Source: the human T2T-CHM13v2.0 reference genome, Homo sapiens
Reading direction: 5' to 3' (one strand)
Length of the DNA stretch: 64,000 nt
Assembly: GCF_009914755.1 (NCBI RefSeq)
Contig: NC_060925.1
The translations under genes were made by a program, and so were the position numbers. The notes beneath the pieces were generated by a model. The model had not been told where the DNA came from. It did no database searches and saw nothing but the letters and a program-made list of their open reading frames with translations. Shown piece after piece: positions 42,901 through 57,900 of the stretch (within the stretch, counting starts at the first letter, position 1; each line of letters begins with the position of its first letter).

Positions 42901-44600
42901 AAAATGGAATCGAATGGAATCAACATCAAATGGAATCAAATGGAATCATTGAACGGAATTGAATGGAATCGTCATCGAATGAATTGACTGCAATCATCGA
43001 ATGGTCTCGAATGGAATCATCTTCAAATGGAATGGAATGGAATCATCGCATAGAATCGAATGGAATTATCATCGAATGGAATCGAATGGAATCAACATCA
43101 AACGGAAAAAAACGGAATTATCGAATGGAATCGAAGAGAATCATCGAATGGACCCGAATGGAATCATCTAATGGAATGGAATGGAATAATCCATGGACTC
43201 GAATGCAATCATCATCGAATGGAATCGAATGGAATCATCGAATGGACTCGAATGGAATAATCATTGAACGGAATCGAATGGAATCATCATCGGATGGAAA
43301 TGAATGGAATCATCATCGAATGGAATCGAATAGAATTATGGAATGAAATCCAGTGTGATCATCATCGAATGGACCCGAATGGAATCATGATCCAACGGAA
43401 GCTAATGGAATCAACATCGAATGAATCGAATGGAAACACCATCGAATTGAAACGAATGGAATTATCATGAAATTGAAATGGATGGACTCATCATCGAATG
43501 GATTCGAATGGAATCATCGAATAAAATTGATTGAAATCATCATCCAATGGAATCGAATGGTATCATTGAATGGAATCGAATGGAATCATCATCAGATGGA
43601 AATGAATGGAATCGTCATAGAATGGAATCGAATGGATTCATTGAATAGAATCAGATGGAATCATCGAATGGACTGGAATGGAATCATTGAATGGACTCGA
43701 AAGGGATCATTATTGAATGGAATTGAATAGAATCATCGAATGGTCTCGATTGGAATCATTATCAAATGGAATCGAATGGAATCACCGAATAGAATCGAAT
43801 GGAACAATCATCGAATGGACTCAAATGGAATTATCCTCAAATGGAATCGAATGGAATTATCGAATGCAATCGAATGGAATTATCGAATGCAATCGAATAG
43901 AATCATCGAATGGACTCGAATGGAATCATCGAATGGAATGGAATGGAACAGTCAATGAACTCGAATGGAATCATCATTGAATGGAATCGAATGGAATCAT
44001 CGAGTGGAATCGAATGGAATTATGATCAAATGGAATCGAATGTAATCATCATCAAATGGAATCAAAAATAACCATCATCAATTGGTATTGAATGGAATTG
44101 TCATCAAATGGAATTCAAAGGAATCATCATCAAATGGAACCGAATGGAATCCTCATTGAATGGAAATGAAAGGGGTCATCATCTAATGGAATCGCATGGA
44201 ATCATCATCAAATGGAATCGAATGGAATCATCATCAAATGGAATCTAATGGAATCATTGAACAGAATTGAATGGAATCGTCATCGAATGAATTGAATGCA
44301 ATCATCGAATGGTCTCGAATGGAATCATCTTCTAATGGAAAGGAATGGAATCATCGCATAGAATCGAATGGAATTATCATCGAATGGAATCAAATGGTAT
44401 CAACACCAAACGGAAAAAAACGGAATTATCGAATGGAATCGAAGAGAATCTTCGAACGGACCCGAATGGAATCATCTAATGGAATGGAATGGAATAATCC
44501 ATGGACTCGAATGCAATCATCATCGAATGGAATGGAATGGAATCATCGAATGGACTCGAATGGAATAATCATTGAACGGAATCGAATGGAATCATCATCG
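33950..44600 (+). repeat. 5,328-bp (3 x 1,776) near-identical tandem duplication
   Basis: Rare variants pair at +5,328: TGAACCGAAT ~36161/41489, GAAATGGAAATGG ~36365/41693, AATGTATTC ~36935/42263, TTGAATAGAATCAG ~34761/40089 and ~38313/43641. Confidence 0.85.
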
Positions 44601-47600
44601 GATGGAAACGAATGGAATCATCATCGAATGGAAATGAAAGGAGTCATCATCTAATGGAATTGCATGGAATCATCATAAAATGGAATCGAATGGAATCAAC
44701 ATCAAATGGAATCAAATGGAATCATTGAACGGAATTGAATGGAATCGTCATCGAATGAATTGACTGCAATCATCGAATGGTCTCGAATGGAATCATCTTC
44801 AAATGGAATGGAATGGAATCATCGCATAGAATCGAATGGAATTATCATCGAATGGAATCGAATGGAATCAACATCAAATGGAAAAAAACGGAATTATCGA
44901 ATGGAATCGAAGAGAATCATCGAATGGACCCGAATGGAATCATCTAATGGAATGGAATGGAATAATCCATGGACTCGAATGCAATCATCATCGAATGGAA
45001 TCGAATGGAATCATCGAATGGACTCGAATGGAATAATCATTGAACGGAATCGAATGGAATCATCATCGGATGGAAATGAATGGAATCATCATCGAATGGA
45101 ATCGAATAGAATTATGGAATGAAATCCAGTGTGATCATCATCGAATGGACCCGAATGGAATCATCATCCAACGGAAGCTAATGGAATCAACATCGAATGA
45201 ATCGAATGGAAACACCATCGAATTGAAACGAATGGAATTATCATGAAATTGAAATGGATGGACTCATCATCGAATGGATTCGAATGGAATCATCGAATAA
45301 AATTGATTGAAATCATCATCGAATGGAATCGAATGGTATCATTGAATGGAATCGAATGGAATCATCATCAGATGGAAATGAATGGAATCGTCATAGAATG
45401 GAATCGAATGGATTCATTGAATGGAATCAGATGGAATCATCGAATGGACTGGAATGGAATCATTGAATGGACTCGAAAGGGATCATGATTGAATGGAATT
45501 GAATGGAATCATCGAATGGTCTCGATTGGAATCATTATCAAATGGAATCGAATGGAATCACCGAATAGAATCGAATGGAACAATCATCGAATGGACTCAA
45601 ATGGAATTATCCTCAAATGGAATCGAATGGAATTATCGAATGCAATCGAATGGAATTATCGAATGCAATCGAATAGAATCATCGAAAGGACTCGAATGGA
45701 ATCATCGAATGGAATGGAATGGAACAGTCAATGAACTCGAATGGAATCATCATTGAATGGAATCGAATGGAATCATCGAGTGGAATCGAATGGAATTATG
45801 ATCAAATGGAATCGAATGTAATCATCATCAAATGGAATCAAAAATAACCATCATCAATTGGTATTGAATGGAATTGTCATCAAATGGAATTCAAAGGAAT
45901 CATCATCAAATGGAACCGAATGGAATCCTCATTGAATGGAAATGAAAGGGGTCATCATCTAATGGAATCGCATGGAATCATCATCAAATGGAATCGAATG
46001 GAATCATCATCAAATGGAATCTAATGGAATCATTGAACAGAATTGAATGGAATCGTCATCGAATGAATTGAATGCAATCATCGAATGGTCTCGAATGGAA
46101 TCATCTTCTAATGGAAAGGAATGGAATCATCGCATAGAATCGAATGGAATTATCATCGAATGGAATCAAATGGTATCAACACCAAACGGAAAAAAACGGA
46201 ATTATCGAATGGAATCGAAGAGAATCTTCGAACGGACCCGAATGGAATCATCTAATGGAATGGAATGGAATAATCCATGGACTCGAATGCAATCATCATC
46301 GAATGGAATGGAATGGAATCATCGAATGGACTCGAATGGAATAATCATTGAACGGAATCGAATGGAATCATCATCGGATGGAAACGAATGGAATCATCAT
46401 CGAATGGAAATGAAAGGAGTCATCATCTAATGGAATTGCATGGAATCATCATAAAATGGAATCGAATGGAATCAACATCAAATGGAATCAAATGGAATCA
46501 TTGAACGGAATTGAATGGAATCGTCATCGAATTAATTGACTGCAATCATCGAATGGTCTCGAATGGAATCATCTTCAAATGGAATGGAATGGAATCATCG
46601 CATAGAATCGAATGGAATTATCATCGAATGGAATCGAATGGAATCAACATCAAACGGAAAAAAACGGAATTATCGAATGGAATCGAAGAGAATCATCGAA
46701 TGGACCCGAATGGAATCATCTAATGGAATGGAATGGAATAATCCATGGACTCGAATGCAATCATCATCGAATGGAATCGAATGGAATCATCGAATGGACT
46801 CGAATGGAATAATCATTGAACGGAATCGAATGGAATCATCATCGGATGGAAATGAATGGAATCATCATCGAATGGAATCGAATAGAATTATGGAATGAAA
46901 TCCAGTGTGATCATCATCGAATGGACCCGAATGGAATCATCATCCAACGGAAGCTAATGGAATCAACATCGAATGAATCGAATGGAAACACCATCGAATT
47001 GAAACGAATGGAATTATCATGAAATTGAAATGGATGGACTCATCATCGAATGGATTCGAATGGAATCATCGAATAAAATTGATTGAAATCATCATCGAAT
47101 GGAATCGAATGGTATCATTGAATGGAATCGAATGGAATCATCATCAGATGGAAATGAATGGAATCGTCATAGAATGGAATCGAATGGATTCATTGAATGG
47201 AATCAGATGGAATCATCGAATGGACTGGAATGGAATCATTGAATGGACTCGAAAGGGATCATGATTGAATGGAATTGAATGGAATCATCGAATGGTCTCG
47301 ATTGGAATCATTATCAAATGGAATCGAATGGAATCACCGAATAGAATCGAATGGAACAATCATCGAATGGACTCAAATGGAATTATCCTCAAATGGAATC
47401 GAATGGAATTATCGAATGCAATCGAATGGAATTATCGAATGCAATCGAATAGAATCATCGAAAGGACTCGAATGGAATCATCGAATGGAATGGAATGGAA
47501 CAGTCAATGAACTCGAATGGAATCATCATTGAATGGAATCGAATGGAATCATCGAGTGGAATCGAATGGAATTATGATCAAATGGAATCTAATGTAATCA

Positions 47601-49499
47601 TCATCAAATGGAATCAAAAATAACCATCATCAATTGGTATTGAATGGAATTGTCATCAAATGGAATTCAAAGGAATCATCATCAAATGGAACCGAATGGA
47701 ATCCTCATTGAATGGAAATGAAAGGGGTCATCATCTAATGGAATCGCATGGAATCATCATCAAATGGAATCGAATGGAATCATCATCAAATGGAATCTAA
47801 TGGAATCATTGAACAGAATTGAATGGAATCATCAACGAATGAATTGAATGCAATCATCGAATGGTCTCGAATGGAATCATCTTCTAATGGAAAGGAATGG
47901 AATCATCGCATAGAATCGAATGGAATTATCATCGAATGGAATCGAATGGTATCAACACCAAACGGAAAAAAACGGAATTATCGAATGGAATCGAAGAGAA
48001 TCTTCGAACGGACCCGAATGGAATCATCTAATGGAATGGAATGGAATAATCCATGGACTCGAATGCAATCATCATCGAATGGAATGGAATGGAATCATCG
48101 AATGGACTCGAATGGAATAATCATTGAACGGAATCGAATGGAATCATCATCGGATGGAAACGAATGGAATCATCATCGAATGGAAATGAAAGGAGTCATC
48201 ATCTAATGGAATTGCATGGAATCATCATAAAATGGAATCGAATGGAATCAACCTCAAATGGAATCAAATGGAATCATTGAACGGAATTGAATGGAATCGT
48301 CATCGAATGAATTGACTGCAATCATCGAATGGTCTCGAATGGAATCATCTTCAAATGGAATGGAATGGAATCATCGCATAGAATCGAATGGAATTATCAT
48401 CGAATGGAATCGAATGGAATCAACATCAAACGGAAAAAAACGGAATTATCGAATGGAATCGAAGAGAATCATCGAATGGACCCGAATGGAATCATCTAAT
48501 GGAATGGAATGGAATAATCCATGGACTCGAATGCAATCATCATCGAATGGAATCGAATGGAATCATCGAATGGACTCGAATGGAATAATCATTGAACGGA
48601 ATCGAATGGAATCATCATCGGATGGAAATGAATGGAATCATCATCGAATGGAATCGAATAGAATTATGGAATGAAATCCAGTGTGATCATCATCGAATGG
48701 ACCCGAATGGAATCATCATCCAACGGAAGCTAATGGAATCAACATCGAATGAATCGAATGGAAACACCATCGAATTGAAACGAATGGAATTATCATGAAA
48801 TGGAAATGGATGGACTCATCATCGAATGGATTCGAATGGAATCATCGAATAAAATTGATTGAAATCATCATCCAATGGAATCGAATGGTATCATTGAATG
48901 GAATCGAATGGAATCATCATCAGATGGAAATGAATGGAATCGTCATAGAATGGAATCGAATGGATTCATTGAATGGAATCAGATGGAATCATCGAATGGA
49001 CTGGAATGGAATCATTGAATGGACTCGAAAGGGATCATGATTGTATGGAATTGAATGGAATCAACGAATGGTCTCGATTGGAATCATTATCAAATGGAAT
49101 CGAATGGAATCACCGAATAGAATCGAATGGAACAATCATCGAATGGACTCAAATGGAATTATCCTCAAGTGGAATCGAATGGAATTATCGAATGCAATCG
49201 AATGGAATTATCGAATGCAATCGAATAGAATCATCGAATGGACTCGAATGGAATCATCGAATGGAATGGAATGGAACAGTCAATGAACTCGAATGGAATC
49301 ATCATTGAATGGAATCGAATGGAATCATCGAGTGGAATCGAATGGAATTATGATCAAATGGAATCGAATGTAATCATCATCAAATGGAATCAAAAATAAC
49401 CATCATCAATTGGTATTGAATGGAATTGTCATCAAATGGAATTCAAAGGAATCATCATCAAATGGAACCGAATGGAATCCTCATTGAATGGAAATGAAA

Positions 49500-52400
49500 G
49501 GGGTCATCATCTAATGGAATCGCATGGAATCATCATCAAATGGAATCGAATGGAATCATCATCAAATGGAATCTAATGGAATCATTGAACAGAATTGAAT
49601 GGAATCGTCATCGAATGAATTGAATGCAATCATCGAATGGTCTCGAATGGAATCATCTTCTAATGGAAAGGAATGGAATCATCGCATAGAATCGAATGGA
49701 ATTATCATCGAATGGAATCGAATGGTATCAACACCAAACGGAAAAAAACGGAATTATCGAATGGAATCGAAGAGAATCTTCGAACGGACCCGAATGGAAT
49801 CATCTAATGGAATGGAATGGAATAATCCATGGACTCGAATGCAATCATCATCGAATGGAATCGAATGGAGTCATCGAATGGACTCGAATGGAATAATCAT
49901 TGAACGGAATCGAATGGAATCATCATCGGATGGAAACGAATGGAATCATCATCGAATGGAAATGAAAGGAGTCATCATCTAATGGAATTGCATTTAATCA
50001 TCATAAAATGCAATCGAATGGAATCAACATCAAATGGAATCAAATGGAATCATTGAACGGAATTGAATGGAATCGTCATCGAATGAATTGACTGCAATCA
50101 TCGAATGGTCTCGAATGGAATCATCTTCAAATGGAATGGAATGGAATCATCGCATAGAATCGAATGGAATTATCATCGAATGGAATCGAATGGAATCAAC
50201 ATCAAACGGAAAAAAACAGAATTATCGTGTGGAATCTAAGAGAATCATCGAATGGACCCGAATGGAATCATCTAATGGAATGGAATGGAATAATCCATGG
50301 ACTCGAATGCAATCATCATCGAATGGAATCGAATGGAATCTTCGAATGGACTCGAATGGAATAATCATTGAACGGAATCGAATGGAATCATCATCGGATG
50401 GAAATGAATGGAATCATCATCGAATGGAATCGAATAGAATTATGGAATGAAATCCAGTGTGATCATCATCGAATGGACCCGAATGGAATCATCATCCAAC
50501 GGAAGCTAATGGAATCAACATCGAATGAATCGAATGGAACCACCATCGAATTGAAACGAATGGAATTATCATGAAATTGAAATGGATGGACACATCATCG
50601 AATGGATTCGAATGGAATCATCGAATAAAATTGATTGAAATCATCATCAAATGGAATCGAATGGTATCATTGAATGGAATCGAATGGAATCATCATCAGA
50701 TGGAAATGAATGGAATCGTCATAGAATGGAATCGAATGGATTCATTGAATGGAATCAGATGGAATCATCGAATGGACTGGAATGGAATCATTGAATGGAC
50801 TCGAAAGGGATCATTATTGAATGGAATTGAATGGAATCATCGAATGGTCTCGATTGGAATCATTACCAAATGGAATCGAATGGAATCACCGAATAGAATC
50901 GAATGGAACAATCATCGAATGGACTCAAATGGAATTATCCTCCAATGGAATCGAATGGAATTATCGAATGCAATCGAATGGAATTATCGAATGCAATCGA
51001 ATAGAATCATCGAATGGACTCGAATGGAATCATCGAATGGAATGGAATGGAACAGTCAATGAACTCGAATGGAATCATCATTGAATGGAATCGAATGGAA
51101 TCATCGAGTGGAATCGAATGGAATTATGATCAAATGGAATCGAATGTAATCATCATCAAATGGAATCAAAAATAACCATCATCAATTGGTATTGAATGGA
51201 ATTGTCATCAAATGGAATTCAAAGGAATCATCATCAAATGGAACCGAATGGAATCCTCATTGAATGGAAATGAAAGGGGTCATCATCTAATGGAATCGCA
51301 TGGAATCATCATCAAATGGAATCGAATGGAATCATCATCAAATGGAATCTAATGGAATCATTGAACAGAATTGAATGGAATCGTCATCGAATGAATTGAA
51401 TGCAATCATCGAATGGTCTCGAATGGAATCATCTTCTAATGGAAAGGAATGGAATCATCGCATAGAATCGAATGGAATTATCATCGAATGGAATCGAATG
51501 GTATCAACACCAAACGGAAAAAAACGGAATTATCGAATGGAATCGAAGAGAATCTTCGAACGGACCCGAATGGAATCATCTAATGGAATGGAATGGAATA
51601 ATCCATGGACTCGAATGCAATCATCATCGAATGGAATCGAATGGAGTCATCGAATGGACTCGAATGGAATAATCATTGAACGGAATCGAATGGAATCATC
51701 ATCGGATGGAAACGAATGGAATCATCATCGAATGGAAATGAAAGGAGTCATCATCTAATGGAATTGCATGGAATCATCATAAAATGGAATCGAATGGAAT
51801 CAACCTCAAATGGAATCAAATGGAATCATTGAACGGAATTGAATGGAATCGTCATCGAATGAATTGACTGCAATCATCGAATGGTCTCGAATGGAATCAT
51901 CTTCAAATGGAATGGAATGGAATCATCGCATAGAATCGAATGGAATTATCATCGAATGGAATCGAATGGAATCAACATCAAACGGAAAAAAACGGAATTA
52001 TCGAATGGAATCGAAGAGAATCATCGAATGGACCCGAATGGAATCATCTAATGGAATGGAATGGAATAATCCATGGACTCGAATGCAATCATCATCGAAT
52101 GGAATCGAATGGAATCATCGAATGGACTCGAATGGAATAATCATTGAACGGAATCGAATGGAATCATCATCGGATGGAAATGAATGGAATCATCATCGAA
52201 TGGAATCGAATAGAATTATGGAATGAAATCCAGTGTGATCATCATCGAATGGACCCGAATGGAATCATCATCCAACGGAAGCTAATGGAATCAACATCGA
52301 ATGAATCGAATGGAAACACCATCGAATTGAAACGAATGGAATTATCATGAAATTGAAATGGATGGACTCATCATCGAATGGATTCGAATGGAATCATCGA

Positions 52401-54930
52401 ATAAAATTGATTGAAATCATCATCCAATGGAATCGAATGGTATCATTGAATGGAATCGAATGGAATCATCATCAGATGGAAATGAATGGAATCGTCATAG
52501 GATGGAATCGAATGGATTCATTGAATGGAATCAGATGGAATCATCGAATGGACTGGAATGGAATCATTGAATGGACTCGAAAGGGATCATTATTGAATGG
52601 AATTGAATGGAATCATCGAATGGTCTCGATTGGAATCATTATCAAATGGAATCGAATGGAATCACCGAATAGAATCGAATGGAACAATCATCGAATGGAC
52701 TCAAATGGAATTATCCTCCAATGGAATCGAATGAAATTATCGAATGCAATCGAATGGAATTATCGAATGCAATCGAATAGAATCATCGAATGGACTCGAA
52801 TGGAATCATCGAATGGAATGGAATGGAACAGTCAATGAACTCGAATGGAATCATCATTGAATGGAATCGAATGGAATCATCGAGTGGAATCGAATGGAAT
52901 TATGATCAAATGGAATCGAATGTAATCATCATCAAATGGAATCAAAAATAACCATCATCAATTGGTATTGAATGGAATTGTCATCAAATGGAATTCAAAG
53001 GAATCATCATCAAATGGAACCGAATGGAATCCTCATTGAATGGAAATGAAAGGGGTCATCATCTAATGGAATCGCATGGAATCATCATCAAATGGAATCG
53101 AATGGAATCATCATCAAATGGAATCTAATGGAATCATTGAACAGAATTGAATGGAATCGTCATCGAATGAATTGAATGCAATCATCGAATGGTCTCGAAT
53201 GGAATCATCTTCTAATGGAAAGGAATGGAATCATCGCATAGAATCGAATGGAATTATCATCGAATGGAATCGAATGGTATCAACACCAAACGGAAAAATA
53301 CGGAATTATCGAATGGAATCGAAGAGAATCTTCGAACGGACCCGAATGGAATCATCTAATGGAATGGAATGGAATAATCCATGGACTCGAATGCAATCAT
53401 CATCGAATGGAATGGAATGGAATCATCGAATGGACTCGAATGGAATAATCATTGAACGGAATCGAATGGAATCATCATCGGATGGAAACGAATGGAATCA
53501 TCATCGAATGGAAATGAAAGGAGTCATCATCTAATGGAATTGCATGGAATCATCATAAAATGGAATCGAATGGAATCAACATCAAATGGAATCAAATGGA
53601 ATCATTGAACGGAATTGAATGGAATCGTCATCGAATGAATTGACTGCAATCATCGAATGGTCTCGAATGGAATCATCTTCAAATGGAATGGAATGGAATC
53701 ATCGCATAGAATCGAATGGAATTATCATCGAATGGAATCGAATGGAATCAACATCAAACGGAAAAAAACGGAATTATCGAATGGAATCGAAGAGAATCAT
53801 CGAATGGACCCGAATGGAATCATCTAATGGAATGGAATGGAATAATCCATGGACTCGAATGCAATCATCATCGAATGGAATCGAATGGAATCATCGAATG
53901 GACTCGAATGGAATAATCATTGAACGGAATCGAATGGAATCATCATCGGATGGAAATGAATGGAATCATCATCGAATGGAATCGAATAGAATTATGGAAT
54001 GAAATCCAGTGTGATCATCATCGAATGGACCCGAATGGAATCATCATCCAACGGAAGCTAATGGAATCAACATCGAATGAATCGAATGGAAACACCATCG
54101 AATTGAAACGAATGGAATTATCATGAAATGGAAATGGATGGACTCATCATCGAATGGATTCGAATGGAATCATCGAATAAAATTGATTGAAATCATCATC
54201 CAATGGAATCGAATGGTATCATTGAATGGAAACGAATGGAATCATCATCAGATGGAAATGAATGGAATCGTCATAGAATGGAATCGAATGGATTCATTGA
54301 ATGGAATCAGATGGAATCATCGAATGGACTGGAATGGAATCATTGAATGGACTCGAAAGGGATCATTATTGAATGGAATTGAATGGAATCATCGAATGGT
54401 CTCGATTGGAATCATTATCAAATGGAATCGAATGGAATCACCGAATAGAATCGAATGGAACAATCATCGAATGGACTCAAATGGAATTATCCTCCAATGG
54501 AATCGAATGGAATTATCGAATGCAATCGAATGGAATTATCGAATGCAATCGAATAGAATCATCGAATGGACTCGAATGGAATCATCGAATGGAATGGAAT
54601 GGAACAGTCAATGAACTCGAATGGAATCATCATTGAATGGAATCGAATGGAATCATCGAGTGGAATCGAATGGAATTATGATCAAATGGAATCGAATGTA
54701 ATCATCATCAAATGGAATCAAAAATAACCATCATCAATTGGTATTGAATGGAATTGTCATCAAATGGAATTCAAAGGAATCATCATCAAATGGAACCGAA
54801 TGGAATCCTCATTGAATGGAAATGAAAGGGGTCATCATCTAATGGAATCGCATGGAATCATCATCAAATGGAATCGAATGGAATCATCATCAAATGGAAT
54901 CTAATGGAATCATTGAACAGAATTGAATGG
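49500..54930 (+). repeat. ~5.4-kb block related to ~24640-30070 (offset 24,864 = 14 x 1,776)
   Basis: Shared rare variants: GCATTTAATC, GGAACCACC, GGACACATC, CAACCTC, CATAGGATGG, GAATGAAATTATC, AAAATACGG, GAAATGGAAATGG. Pseudo-ORF pairs 25707/50571, 27483/52347, 28287/53151, 29259/54123. Confidence 0.82.
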
Positions 54931-57900
54931 AATCATCATCGAATGAATTGAATGCAATCATCGAATGGTCTCGAATGGAATCATCTTCTAATGGAAAGGA
55001 ATGGAATCATCGCATAGAATCGAATGGAATTATCATCGAATGGAATCGAATGGTATCAACACCAAACGGAAAAAAACGGAATTATCGAATGGAATCGAAG
55101 AGAATCTTCGAACGGACCCGAATGGAATCATCTAATGGAATGGAATGGAATAATCCATGGACTCGAATGCAATCATCATCGAATGGAATGGAATGGAATC
55201 ATCGAATGGACTCGAATGGAATAATCATTGAACGGAATCGAATGGAATCATCATCGGATGGAAACGAATGGAATCATCATCGAATGGAAATGAAAGGAGT
55301 CATCATCTAATGGAATTGCATGGAATCATCATAAAATGGAATCGAATGGAATCAACCTCAAATGGAATCAAATGGAATCATTGAACGGAATTGAATGGAA
55401 TCGTCATCGAATGAATTGACTGCAATCATCGAATGGTCTCGAATGGAATCATCTTCAAATGGAATGGAATGGAATCATCGCATAGAATCGAATGGAATTA
55501 TCATCGAATGGAATCGAATGGAATCAACATCAAACGGAAAAAAACGGAATTATCGAATGGAATCGAAGAGAATCATCGAATGGACCCGAATGGAATCATC
55601 TAATGGAATGGAATGGAATAATCCATGGACTCGAATGCAATCATCATCGAATGGAATCGAATGGAATCATCGAATGGACTCGAATGGAATAACCATTGAA
55701 CGGAATCGAATGGAATCATCATCGGATGGAAATGAATGGAATCATCATCGAATGGAATCGAATAGAATTATGGAATGAAATCCAGTGTGATCATCATCGA
55801 ATGGACCCGAATGGAATCATCATCCAACGGAAGCTAATGGAATCAACATCGAATGAATCGAATGGAAACACCATCGAATTGAAACGAATGGAATTATCAT
55901 GAAATTGAAATGGATGGACTCATCATCGAATGGATTCGAATGGAATCATCGAATAAAATTGATTGAAATCATCATCCAATGGAATCGAATGGTATCATTG
56001 AATGGAAACGAATGGAATCATCATCAGATGGAAATGAATGGAATCGTCATAGAATGGAATCGAATGGATTCATTGAATGGAATCAGATGGAATCATCGAA
56101 TGGACTGGAATGGAATCATTGAATGGACTCGAAAGGGATCATGATTGAATGGAATTGAATGGAATCATCGAATGGTCTCGATTGGAATCATTATCAAATG
56201 GAATCGAATGGAATCACCGAATAGAATCGAATGGAACAATCATCGAATGGACTCAAATGGAATTATCCTCCAATGGAATCGAATGGAATTATCGAATGCA
56301 ATCGAATGGAATTATCGAATGCAATCGAATAGAATCATCGAATGGACTCGAATGGAATCATCGAATGGAATGGAATGGAACAGTCAATGAACTCGAATGG
56401 AATCATCATTGAATGGAATCGAATGGAATCATCGAGTGGAATCGAATGGAATTATGATCAAATGGAATCGAATGTAATCATCATCAAATGGAATCAAAAA
56501 TAACCATCATCAATTGGTATTGAATGGAATTGTCATCAAATGGAATTCAAAGGAATCATCATCAAATGGAACCGAATGGAATCCTCATTGAATGGAAATG
56601 AAAGGGGTCATCATCTAATGGAATCGCATGGAATCATCATCAAATGGAATCGAATGGAATCATCATCAAATGGAATCTAATGGAATCATTGAACAGAATT
56701 GAATGGAATCGTCATCGAATGAATTGAATGCAATCATCGAATGGTCTCGAATGGAATCATCTTCTAATGGAAAGGAATGGAATCATCGCATAGAATCGAA
56801 TGGAATTATCATCGAATGGAATCAAATGGTATCAACACCAAACGGAAAAAAACGGAATTATCGAATGGAATCGAAGAGAATCTTCGAACGGACCCGAATG
56901 GAATCATCTAATGGAATGGAATGGAATAATCCATGGACTCGAATGCAATCATCATCGAATGGAATGGAATGGAATCATCGAATGGACTCGAATGGAATAA
57001 TCATTGAACGGAATCGAATGGAATCATCATCGGATGGAAACGAATGGAATCATCATCGAATGGAAATGAAAGGAGTCATCATCTAATGGAATTGCATGGA
57101 ATCATCATAAAATGGAATCGAATGGAATCAACATCAAATGGAATCAAATGGAATCATTGAACGGAATTGAATGGAATCGTCATCGAATGAATTGACTGCA
57201 ATCATCGAATGGTCTCGAATGGAATCATCTTCAAATGGAATGGAATGGAATCATCGCATAGAATCGAATGGAATTATCATCGAATGGAATCGAATGGAAT
57301 CAACATCAAATGGAAAAAAACGGAATTATCGAATGGAATCGAAGAGAATCATCGAATGGACCCGAATGGAATCATCTAATGGAATGGAATGGAATAATCC
57401 ATGGACTCGAATGCAATCATCATCGAATGGAATCGAATGGAATCATCGAATGGACTCGAATGGAATAATCATTGAACGGAATCGAATGGAATCATCATCG
57501 GATGGAAATGAATGGAATCATCATCGAATGGAATCGAATAGAATTATGGAATGAAATCCAGTGTGATCATCATCGAATGGACCCGAATGGAATCATCATC
57601 CAACGGAAGCTAATGGAATCAACATCGAATGAATCGAATGGAAACACCATCGAATTGAAACGAATGGAATTATCATGAAATTGAAATGGATGGACTCATC
57701 ATCGAATGGATTCGAATGGAATCATCGAATAAAATTGATTGAAATCATCATCGAATGGAATCGAATGGTATCATTGAATGGAATCGAATGGAATCATCAT
57801 CAGATGGAAATGAATGGAATTGTCATAGAATGGAATGGAATGGATTCATTGAATGGAATCAGATGGAATCATCGAATGGACTGGAATGGAATCATTGAAT

